Assembly (NCBI GenBank): GCA_964035545.1
Contig: OZ037767.1
Location: forward strand, 18,940,259 to 19,004,258
Length of the DNA: 64,000 bases
DNA from: Bugula neritina
Lineage: Eukaryota > Animalia > Bryozoa
Reading direction: 5' to 3'
Positions 25,801 to 37,662 of this stretch are shown piece by piece. The notes beneath the pieces are model-generated. The model saw nothing but the letters and a program-made list of their open reading frames with translations. It was not told the DNA's origin and ran no database searches. The first letter of the stretch is position 1. Each line of letters begins with the position of its first letter. The position numbers and the translations under genes are program-made.

Positions 25801-28800
25801 AAAATTAAATAAAATATTACACAACGCTGTATTTATTAGCAATGTGATACTTAGCAACTAATTTCACATTATTATTGTTTGCAAAGTTTTATATATCTAC
25901 ATATGTTTGTTCAATTCAGTGTTCTGAAGAAGAAGGTTCCAACAGCAGGGAAAAGCCTTGAACAAGATATTATGTTCTACATCTCCAACTCATTTTAACT
26001 TTGCTGGTCAGTTCATTGTGTATCTTGAGCATAGTTTTGTATTTTCAAGTAGTCCATCAGATACCTTTGTAGATAGTAAAGATTAAAATGTTTGTGCAAT
26101 GATGTCCATAATGTTGAACTGATTTATTGAAACTAAAACTGTTCTTAATTATAACAAAACTTGACAATCTTTACATAAAGAATAATGTCCTATAATCTAT
26201 CTTCATTGTAAACAAAATTAGAAAGTTCCACATCAGCAAATTGTTTATCATCATCTGTAGGTGGAAGAAGCTTGCACTCAGTTATAAAGGCAAGCTGACG
26301 GTGGTTTTCTTTGCCTTCTATGAAGATTTGGAAAGAGCCAGAAAATTAATACTCTATAACTGCAAAACCATGTTGTAGTGTCTTGTGTTATTGATTGAAT
26401 CATCTAAAAGAAAAATTGTTGTATCATTATAATTTTACTGTTAATGAATTAGCAAATCTACTTATCTTGGTAAATATATTCAAGAACAAATACTATAGTG
26501 TAACTCAGTTTTGGTTATGTGTATGCTCCTTAAGCGAATTTACAGCAGATATCAAACTATATATTAGAGACTGATATAGGAATTAAATTTAAGCTAACCA
26601 TGATGATGTAAATAGCTGTTGAATGTGACTTCGAGAACTCTGCTGGCCATGTCAGTTCAAATACACCAGGGTGATATGTTACGAATGTTATGTCATTATT
26701 GAAATTCAGCTTTTTCAAGTGCCTCTTCACAACTCTGGCAGCATTCTGACTGCTCCTTAGCTTTCTGCGCCTGAAATTTCTTCTACTTGCACCATTCTTC
26801 TATTGGTGGAATGTTAGCCTATAACAAACAGGTGTACCAAAGCTAAAAAATATCTAATTCACTGCACTAGGATGTTATTCAACTCATTTAAATTTAATAT
26901 ATAGCAGTAAAACAATCACATACTTGTATTTATTTTATCAGCTTTACTTTACAAAGCTGAACCATATGATTCAGTAACTTGTCACCATAATAAACATTGT
27001 ACAACATACAAGTTGAAAACCTGATGTGATTGCTTTTTTAATAGAATATACATCACAAACATGTTACTTTGATAAGCGTGTTCATAATAAAAGTATTAAA
27101 CCAGTTTGAAAAAATTATTTTGTTATGTAATGGATCACAAAACTACATAATTTTAGACCTGTAGCTTGATGTTCTTCAAGCAACGGGCTGCTATGACTAA
27201 TTAATTTTCTATCATTGCATTTGATTGTTCTACTCATAGTGTATTGGCGAGTTAAAATTATTGGTAATTTAATGTATATTTTAGCTACCTCTGTACAATC
27301 AATGTTATAGTAATATCAATATACAATCTAGCGTACTATAAAAGTAGAAGTAGAACTTCTAAAACTATCATCTGCATCATTATCAGAACTATGAGTAATA
27401 CTAGTAGTTGTACTAATAGTAATACTAATTATTAATACTAATAGACAATAGTAATAGTATCACTATGAGTATGAGACTTGGGCTGGCAGTGATTATCACT
27501 ATCAGTATCAGCATCGTCATAGTCAAAAGTTACAATAATTAGAAGCCATATTCATATTGATATTCTCATTGAGTTATGCATAGTCATATTCATAGTAATA
27601 GACATAGTCAATCACTGATTGAGTTAATGTCATAGTGATACTCATACTCATTATAATTAATTTATACGATACTCATACTCATAGTCATAGAGTATCATAG
27701 TCATAGTGACACTTCACCGTGAATTTAATAATAATTTTAATTTAATATTACTATTAGCAACAATGATAATATTATTATCATTGTTGCTAATAGTAATATT
27801 ATGTCTTACTCTTAGTCTAACAGCAGCTTTATGAAAAAGTTAAACTTAACTGATAACAAAACAAATTTAAAAAATAATACTGTAACAATCAATATAATGT
27901 ATATCAATATGCTAGCAACCTAATTTTCAGCTCACTTCATTAGCTTTCCGTGCAGTATTGTGATGAAATATATTTATTAATGGTGACCTTGACATCTTCG
28001 TCCAAACGCCTTTCACATCAAGCCCCGAACCAATTTGTAAAAATTTTGGATTTTTTACTTTTGATTATTTTTTACGAAAAGAGCTTCAAAATAAATTTAA
28101 AAAAAAGTGAGCTGTTGTCCACATGAAAAGAATTATATGAGCCAATTTTCTAAATTCAAAAAATTACCAGAGGGTCACAATATTTTTTTTTAAAAATCTG
28201 TATTTTCACGGCAAGCTCTATACGTTAATATAGAAAAATAGAAGACAACTCTTCTTTCAGATTTTTCATGTGCCACGGTCACGTCAATATCAGTGCTATT
28301 AACACATATATTTTAATTCATTTTTTCTGGTATATTGAGTTGAGATTTTTTTTAAATATTTTGTGAAGGCAACTAAAAAAGTATGAACTTTTAATTAACA
28401 GTAATTGATTTTATCGAAATAACCTGGATGCCTACGATGTTTAAGCGGCATAAGGGCATGTGCACTCCAACAATAATCAGATTCGTCTAATGGCATGGCA
28501 ATAGTAGTAGTTCTAGAATGTTATTTTGATATTGGGTGCCAACTCCCTTTGCTTATCTTCAACATAATTATTCAAATCCATGTCAAATATTTAGTAATCT
28601 GGTATGATTGTAGGTTCCACACCAGCGCTCACCAAACCCAAGTGGAATGTTACTAGAGACAAGACAATAGGATCTATAGCAACTTTTGTGAAGAAACCAT
28701 TAAAAATGGACGCTGCCCAAACCCTGTTTATATATGTGAAACAGACCTTTGCTCCTTCAGCTGATGTGTGTGTTGGCCAATTATATGACTGCTTTGGTAG

Positions 28801-28849
28801 TGACGGCCAACTAGTCCTTCATTATTGTGCTACTGAGGCGTGGGGCTGA
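22824..28849 (+). CDS. ATG12: Ubiquitin-like autophagy protein ATG12; 2 exons (22824-23043, 28614-28849); an in-frame upstream ATG exists at 22788
   Basis: Disordered N-terminus, then KIRLILKPAG|STPALTKPKW...LFIYVKQTFAPSAD...LYDCFGSDGQLVLHYCATEAWG*, ending in the ATG12 C-terminal AWG. One phase-1 GT-AG intron. Confidence 0.95.
24191..24477. repeat. Perfect palindrome, 143-bp arms, 1-nt spacer at 24334
   Basis: 24335-24477 is the reverse complement of 24191-24333. Confidence 0.95.
27743..27801. repeat. Perfect palindrome, 29-bp arms, 1-nt spacer
   Basis: taatattactattagcaacaatgataata-t-tattatcattgttgctaatagtaatatta. Confidence 0.95.
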
Positions 28850-29724
28850 ATGTATTGCTGACACCTGATTAAATCTTTCAATTTTAACTTATTTTTAGAC
28901 TAAAAATTTATATTCATATGGAGTCAATGAAGACAGTATTATATTTTATATAATATACAAATATTATATTACATAAGTATGTAAGAATGTATATGGTCTC
29001 TACTATAATTACAGATTAAAATTACAATAAATGCAGTTGATTATGTTGCGTTACAATATCACTTGTTGAGAAGATTGTATAAAATTGAACTACAATTTAT
29101 TAGTAATATTAAACACATAATGCTAAAAAGTCTGTAATGCTGATATAAATATGTCACTAACTTTCCAGTACAAAGTTTACATCACAAATTATTTCAATAT
29201 TAATTATTTGAATAAAAAAATAACATACAATTTAAAAAAAAATACTCTACAGTTGAAACTAGAAATAATATATTAAACAAATTTCCGATACGTAACAAGA
29301 TGCTTAAGTTATGCATTTGATAATTTTCGAAGAGCTGCAAATAATAATGTATCATAAATTTTAAATCTACAATTTTAGGCAGCTGTCACATTAGCAGTGT
29401 CTAGTGTCACATTGCTAACAAATGGTGCATAAGAACAATCTCTGGTCTAACTTTGAGTATTATGAGAGTTTTGAACGAAGAAAATTACATTTGTTATGAA
29501 AATAAAGCTTAACAAATATTATAATGAACTACAACTCCATACAATAATATACACTGTAATATGCATTGCCTCTACACTTAAATTTACACGTACATACAAG
29601 TTGATCTAAATTTTTCACCGGTAAAATATTCACAGAGGTAGATAGTTTTTAGATTGTCAAAATGCATGTTTACTGACTAGTGAACACATTAGAGGGGGAG
29701 GGGGCGTGCAGTGAGCCCCTTATG

Positions 29725-32700
29725 TTAATCAGCATTTGCAGGTGCTTCATTCTCTAAGTCACTGGAGTCGGACCATAGACTAAGTTCTGGAGTTGCTTCT
29801 CGAGAGGCAGTAGGGGTACTCTGCTCACTCTCATTGTCTTCAATTTCTAGCTTAGGCCTTTTAGGTGATAATAGGCCTACGGACATTTCATAAAAAACAA
29901 TGAAACAAAATTTAAACTGTGAATAACTGCTTGCCAAAGCTAATTTGTTCAGATGTGAGGGCATCCACCAGCATAACCAATTTATAACTGAGGTGCCCTA
30001 CTTATGTACAAGTAATGATGCTACTGAAAACATTCACTATCTGTTGATATATCCCAACCAAACCGCCACATACAGTGTGTTTCATGACAATACTTTTAAT
30101 CCTATAGATATTTTAAACTCTTAAGATTTCAATAACAGTAGGAAAACTGAAAAAGGTGAACACATTTTAAGGTAAACACTATGCCTAGCCTATAGCATTA
30201 CACCATTAAAGTGATGTAACACCTGCTCACCTGTGTTGTTTGTCGACCTTTTTTCTGCTATCCACCAACTATCAATTTCACGGACTGATTTCCAAGAGCT
30301 AGTATTACAAAGTTCGGGGCTTGCATCATCAGCTCGTTTAGAGAGAAAACTATTTAGGAGGTGCTGAGTCTATGACAGAAGAGATATTATATTTTATAAC
30401 TTTTAACTCCAGTACGACAAAGAAAATATTCAAGTTAAACAACCTACATTAGCAAAAAATGACTTGCTAAAAATGCACTGGGTATATTGAATCCAGTGCC
30501 AAAAGATATTTCATTTGGATTTGTAAATATATTTAGAAACTGTACAATGGTGGAGTAGAGATATAGAAATTGTAGATTTTATAAAGCACCTGTTCCATAG
30601 TGGCATCAATTGGCAGGACATTCGGGTAGATATAACACGGGTTTATATACCTGATGAAATCCTGTATCTCAGAGTAAGAGGAGTGGAATGAGTAACAGCA
30701 CCTCACTACAGATATAAATAAATTCTATACATGTATTCTATCATATCATATTATTTTATAATACATTACAATATATTCATATTCTATTATATTTAACTAT
30801 AATATATCATATTCTATCCTGTTATATTTCATTATAATACAATAATATATCATATTAATTATATAAACAAATGCTGAATTGCAACAAGAATATATATCAG
30901 GTAATATTTCATAATATTACATTGAGTTATATTACACCATCTAATATTGTATTGCACGATATTCTATTGGCTTAATGTTGCATTATATTATATCATATCC
31001 CTTTATTTAAAAACAGATGCTGCATTACAAAATGCAAGTAGACAGTTGTAGTTATGTGCAAGGTGAATCTAATTTACTTAGTCTGATGAAGGTAGGAAAT
31101 CAGTGAATCTCAGAAAACAACAGCAAGTGAATACACAAGAATATAGACAGAGAAAACTATGCACGCACCTGTATTAGAGTCAACCTTGACACTTGTATGC
31201 TTGTTATCTGTGAGTGCGAACCACATAGTAGAGAGATGAATGACCTTCACCTGAACCCCTGGTCTATTGAGTGTGTCACATCCGCCTTGACTAACCAACC
31301 CAGTAGCATTCTTATTCTACAGTATTAGGAGAGAGAGAGAGGTGCATAAGTTGATGCTGCTGCTTTCTCAAACCTGCTTTAGTGTACATCTTGAAGTCGG
31401 TTTAGAGCTACACAAGGAATCGTTTCTCTGATATTGGTTAGACTACAAGACTTTGACCAGTCCATCTCACTAAGCTGTGGGTCTTGGAACTTCAATTCAT
31501 GGCATAGTAGAATACCAGAGTTAACTCACAGATCTGTTGAATTCGGCCATTTATCCTATACACACATATATGAGCTACAAAACAGGGCCTAAGCCCTTCT
31601 CCCGACCTATGGAATTTCGTGGGAAATGGAACCGTTAGATATGAAGAGAGCACTGTATTTAATAGAAAAAGTGATTGCAACACACCTTGTAAAATTCTAC
31701 AATGTGGCATTGAATAAACCATATGCTATAATTTCCATTCCTAGAGGCGGAGGGGGGGGGTGGGTGGGGTTATGGTGGGAGATTACCTGTAGTCCACCGC
31801 CCTGTACACTCCTCCAGCAAGTGTGGATCTGAGTCCGACTGTTTAGAGTCACAGTCTCACTGATCTCAGGTATCCCAGAGTACACATCTGCATCTTCTGC
31901 TTTCACGTGAGTCTGTCAGATCAAGATAAGAATCAAAATAAAATAAATAAAAAAATTTATGATTATTCACAAGAAATTGGCAGACCGTATTTAACAGAGA
32001 AATACAAGAGATTCAATAACTCACCTTCATTCCAAATCTTTCATACAATATCCTATAGACATTTTCATATCCTAGCTTTGCCTTAGTTTTCATCACAACA
32101 TGGTAGTTATTTCCCCTTGTTATATGAGATTTAACTTGGTCTACTATTTCCTCTTCGCATTCCGCCCTTCAACAAACTAAATGGTTATAATAGGAGCATC
32201 TACGCTTTTTTACAAAATACTAAAATGGCTGACAGGAAACGTCTGCATGACATCACTCAGCGACTGGCTAGAACGAATCCTCAGCTCTTGCACTACATAG
32301 TTACTCAGTGGTGTGGAATCAGTTCTTAGCAGCTGCTCTATAAGATTAACTTCAAACAAGGAAGACTGAACAGTGAGCTTACTCCGCACTACAAAAAATA
32401 TTCTGGTTGATTCCAAGTATACTTCCCATTATATATCACCACTGCCTACTAAAGTGCCAGTAGGAACATGCAGTACTTTTTTCTCAAACCAATTACAAAT
32501 TTTTGTTGCTCATTTGGAGTTTCGAGCTTATAACCCAAGTATATTTCCTGTTGCTGTGGTGAAACCAAAATGAAGCTCACACATGTCAGATAACCGGTTT
32601 ACCTGCTAACAATGTTCATAGTTTTCCTGGTCAGAAATGTCGTATCACAATACAAATGGTCAACTTTCTTGACTCCACCAAAAGAGTCATGCAGAGCGGG

Positions 32701-34763
32701 TAAAACACTGGCAGCACCTTTATCCAGTCTGAAGTCCCCCGTGTAGAGAACTGTACCTTCTGCTCCCTCAATCAGCAGCATGGCTGACCCTGGACAATGT
32801 CCAGCAGAGATGGCTGTCAGAGTGACACATACACCCTGTCAGAGTGATACAGACACCTGTCAGAGTGACACAAACATCCTGTCAGAGTGACACATACACC
32901 TGTCAGGGTGACACAGACACCTGTCAGAGTGATACAGACACCTGTCAGAGTGACACAGACACCTGTCAGAGTGACACAGACACCTGTCAGAATGACACAT
33001 ACACCTGTCAGAGTGACACATACACCCTGTCAGAGTGACACAGACATCCTGTCAGAGTGACACATACACCTGTCAGGGTGACACAGACACCTGTCAGAGT
33101 GATACAGACACCTTTCAGAGTGACACAGACACCTGTCAGAGTGACACAGACACCTGTCAGAATGACACATACACCTGTCAGAGTGACACAGACACCTGTC
33201 AAAGTGATCGTTCTATGAGAAAATTTATTATTTCTTTAGAGAAACAAAACGTTGTGTTTTCAAAGTTATTGAAAAAAGAAATTGGCCTTTGCCAAAGTTA
33301 CTCCAATACTTCGATATTGGTATTGATATTGATACAATTAATTTATAATTTATGTTTTCATATCACATATGATATTGATTAGGCATCACATCAATTGAAT
33401 CTAATTACAAACTGTTATATACATTATACAACAGCTTATGTTTTATAATTGTTTGAAAACAATTGCAGCATCAACAGTTGTGATGTTCTCTCTATTTAAA
33501 ACAATTTTAAAAGTCTTATTAAAACATCATTGCTCTTTTAAAGGATAAGACAATGGGAAAGATTTAGAACAGATGCATATATAATAATATTCTCGACTAT
33601 AATATAACACAACATAATATACTAAAACACAACATAACAATTTATAATACAACATAACATAATATAATACAACATAACATAATACAATATAACATGACAT
33701 ACCTGTGATTGGTCATTTACTGGAATAAGTACCGGAGTAGGTTCATCTATCAGTAATGTGACCTTAAACAATATACGCATGTGATGAAATAGATTGTAGT
33801 GTCCATAGTAGTACTAAGAGTAGTAGCAGTAGTATTAGTAGTGGTACTACTAGTAGTACTAGCAGTACTAGTAGCAATAGTATTAGTAGTGGTACTACTA
33901 GTAGTCGTAGTAGTAGTAGTAGTAGTAGTAGTAGCAACAGTAGTAGTAGTAGTAGCAGTAGTAGTAGTATTAGTAGCGGTAGCAGTCGCAGTAGTAGTAG
34001 GAGGAGGAGTATTAGTATAGTACTAGTAGCAGTAACTATTTATGTAATAATAATATTCAGAGTTTATAGCCTGAGTAGACCTACCAGGTGTCTGTGAAGA
34101 TGTTGGTATCCCTTCATATGTCTCAACAGTTTCTTAGTGATATCTGTACAGTAGATCTTTACACTAGGACTACAAGTCAACACATGCATGTATCTGAGCT
34201 AGTTTGCAGCACTACGGATAATTAAACTATTATTAAAAAACTTTAAACGTAGAGATTCTGCAGGGCAAATTGGGTCTTATTTTGAAACCTCCAACTCATT
34301 TACCAACCAGTTTTTTTAGAGAGATGCGAAAACACAAGAATGCGATATTTCTTAAAGAATCCCTGACACACTTCACTTATGCAGTATTAAAATATTCGTA
34401 TATATGTTAGTTTTCATCTACATACTGTCTTAAGATTGGATGCTTAAACAATTTTGTTTTACAATGGATATTGTGAGAATTTGCACTGAAATGATTTGGG
34501 ATTTCTGACCACTTGCGGATGACATTTCCAGTAGGCTTTGACTTTACCGCTACTATAAAACTTATACTAATTATAGCTAACTTTCATTGCATGCAAATTT
34601 TAGCTGCTGCACTGCACAGCCTAATCAAAAATATGACTTGGAATTTGAAAGTTTTAGCTTTTAGGACATTTCCAAATCATTTCAGCACATACTGGCACAA
34701 ACTTAATTATATTAAAACAAACTGTTCACGCATACAACCTTAAAGCAGTATGCAGATGAAAAT

Positions 34764-34802
<39 letters not shown>

Positions 34803-34931
34803 GAAATAAAATGAGATTTGATTAATATAATGGCATTTATTACTAGTAGTTTCGTACACAAGAACGATGTGCACTCGTCAGATAAATTAGCCACTAATAG
34901 CACTCTAGTAACGTTTTATAAACACTCATTT

Positions 34932-34992
<61 letters not shown>

Positions 34993-35736
34993 ACACTGCA
35001 TAAATGAAGTGTGCCGGGGATTCGTTAAAGATTTTTCTGCTAAAAGATCGAAAAAATGGAAGGTAACAATCACTAAACACTCACTTTGAGATTAAATGTT
35101 TAGTCAACTCGTGGCATTCCAGCCCTTTCATATGATCTACAAAATGCATGTTATTACAAGTTACACCGCTTGCTATAGTGTAGAATTATTCTCATTTGAC
35201 CACTAACTTGAAATACAGCAACTCATACAGTACATACACATCTACCTAATCGGTAATCTATGCTGAAATAAAAGCACTGAATGGTAAACCTCAGCAACTT
35301 TCATTCCCAACTAGTCTTGACCAGGAATTGTGAGTGAATACTGGGCAATGAAAATTTTCCAAACCTGCTTTATTCAGCTCCCATTATTCACATTCAAACT
35401 AATAACCTCAGAAATTAACACTGTTTACAATCAACAAGTCAAATATTTAAAAAGTTGAGACAGATAAACTTCTTGATATATCAACTGAACCAAAGAATAT
35501 TTAGCAACATTAGTTTTATTAAACCAATTTGACATCTACTAATATAACATGAAGTGAGTAAAACCAGTAACTGCTATTGATTATAACTATGATCAGAACT
35601 CACCACAATGAGCATGCGACAACCAATAGAGAGAGCTCTTTAAGTTGTCACCATCAAATCTGTCCAATGAAATAGCCTCATACAAAATATTATGGTTGTC
35701 ATCACCACAAACAAGTTTTCCCCCAAAAGAAGACAT
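29725..35736 (-). CDS. DCLRE1C: Artemis (SNM1C) metallo-beta-lactamase/beta-CASP nuclease; 11 exons (35736-35604, 35136-35085, 34169-34085, 33762-33703, 32835-32603, 32166-32025, 31912-31787, 31316-31169, 30705-30590, 30369-30231, 29876-29725), ~461 aa
   Basis: MSSFGG...ISLDRFDGDNL...LSHAHCDHMKGL (HxHxDH), AGHCPGSAM, GTVLYTGDFRL, LYCDTTF, STMWF, CYSFHSSYSEI..F..YINP..IYPNV all match Artemis; GT-AG introns in phase. Confidence 0.94.
31463..31655 (-). mobile_element. Second, one-end-truncated copy of the 40631-40841 MITE in inverted orientation (DCLRE1C intron 7)
   Basis: Reverse complement aligns to 40631-40825 (shared gagaagggcttag, atggccgaattYaacagatctgtgagttaa); intact end gagcactg|ta. 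Confidence 0.8.
32814..33207 (-). repeat. 21/22-bp minisatellite (~19 copies) spanning the DCLRE1C intron 4/exon 5 acceptor
   Basis: Plus-strand unit ctgtcagagtgacacagacac; the copy at 32814-32835 is coding (GVCVTLT). Confidence 0.95.
33797..34036. repeat. Imperfect (AGT)n microsatellite, DCLRE1C intron 3
   Basis: Directly visible. Confidence 0.95.
34767..34988. repeat. Two (TA)n tracts (~34767-34797 and ~34935-34988)
   Basis: Directly visible. Confidence 0.95.
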
Positions 35737-36348
35737 TGCTATATTGTCGTATATCTATAAACTGAAATTAATCATATTTGGTTAGAATTATTGATTTACA
35801 AAGCGCAGAAAAATTATGGCGCCAAATCTACTATTACATCTTACACGTGTATCAATAAGTTTTATTTACACCTCTAACAAATCTGATATTGTTGGAAAAG
35901 TTATTAACATACTTTTAACTTATATTTATGAAAATTCTACAGAAAAAAATTAGCCATTTTAATCCATATATTACAATATACATAATATTTAGGACATGTA
36001 ATCAAGCGAAGTTTTAATCAATGAGATCGTACAAATATGGTAATCATTGTTATTAGAGACCATACTAACCCATCACACTTATATTCATAATGATTTGAAA
36101 ATAATGCTCAATGGCATGCCACTAACTGACTGCCACAATGGTATGCTTTTATAATAGTGACTAGCAAACTTTCAGTAGGGAGGGGAAAGTTATCAGTGAG
36201 TAAAGACAACCAATTCCTTAAATATGACTTAGTCAGTTTAGATGCAGACGTGAGCATGAGAGTCTGAATATTAACCCGCCCAGAAGCTAACCTCCAAATG
36301 AAATGTAGGGCCAAAGAGAATGCGATACTGACAGTCGACTAGTAAGCC

Positions 36349-36576
36349 TCAAAACCGGTTCTCAAAACTGGTTCTCCTTCTTGGTTCAAAGGGCTGTAGG
36401 CAAAGCTGTTTCATGGCACTTTCGGCATCTTCACGGCTTTTAATATTGGCGACGGATCGCACTGCATCTACTTGCATCTGTTCTAAGCCAGAAACATCCT
36501 TCTTGCAGGTTGGGTTCCAAGCTGCGCTACTATACGCAAGGTGCGGTAGACACAATGCACAATGCTTTGCATGCAA
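36349..36576 (-). mobile_element. Non-LTR retrotransposon (CR1/L2-group) ORF2 C-terminal fragment
   Basis: LCLPHLAYSSAAWNPTCKKDVSGLEQMQ..AVR...L.LQPFEPRRR resembles the post-RT motif LVRPHLEYxxxVWxPxxKKDIxxLExVQRRA...LxxRR. Confidence 0.75.
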
Positions 36577-37662
36577 TCAATCGTGCTTTGTTAGAAGGGG
36601 GGGGGAGGGGGGCAGTAAAGAGCTTTTTCAATCATACGCAATTGTATTCTAGCATTTAGTATTTGATTTGATATCTTGATCTTCTTTGAACCTGCCATAT
36701 GATTAGATTTACTATTAGTTTTACTATTAGTAATAGTATTATATTCATTACTGTTATTAAAACTAAAACTAAAACTGTTAATATTATTGTTAATATTATT
36801 TATATTATTAGTTTATATTATAATTATAATTAATTAATTTAAATTATTAAAAATATAATAATTTAAATTATTAGTACAATTATCATTATGAATTAAAAGA
36901 ATAATTAGATTAATATTAATTATTATAACTAAACTTATTATTTTAATAAATTATGATAAATCGTGGAATAAAAATTTATTTCTATATTAAATATTAATAA
37001 TATCATTATTATAATATTAAACTAAAACTAAAAGTAAAAGTAAAACTAAAAGTAAAAGTTAAATTTGATACTTGATAGCATGGATATCACAAATATTATT
37101 TAATTTTATACTTAAATTAAAGTAAATCTTATAGCTACACTAATACTAGTATTAATAATACTAAATCTAATACAAATTATAGTAATCTTAAATCTATACT
37201 AGTAGGCATGGCACTTATAGTTATACTTTGAGTTTGAGTGAGAAATATTGTTTTTTTAAAACGGATACGGAAACGCACCTAACGAAGCTGAATCGCAGCA
37301 AATGCGTTGTAGCCTTGGATAGCAATAACAGTTTTAAAACAAGTTACTTCTTCATAAAAGTACTCAACAAAAATCTCACACATAATTTTTTTATCAGGAA
37401 ACTAGTCTATAAAAACTAGATAAAGTTGCTGTTACTTTGAGAATTACAGAAGTAAAATTAGATTAATACATTTTGATTTAAGGACCGATTACAATCAATT
37501 GTTAAAGTATCAAAGATTTTATGCTTGTAATATTCAGCTTATTTTGAAGCTGTGAAATTACTATAGTACTTGGTTACTATAACATTACTGTTTTCGTATT
37601 ACCAAATGTAGACGGGAGACATGAGAACGCATGAAGGCACCGACAGTCACAATTGTAAAGTA

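Larger units (their letters stand above)
23285..28440. mobile_element. Kolobok-like DNA transposon, degenerate/non-autonomous, filling ATG12 intron 1
   Basis: TTAA at 23281-23284 and 28441-28444. Imperfect TIRs: left aggccgtaagcacccaggttattt versus reverse complement of the right end acatcgtaggcatccaggttattt. No intact transposase ORF. Confidence 0.7.
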
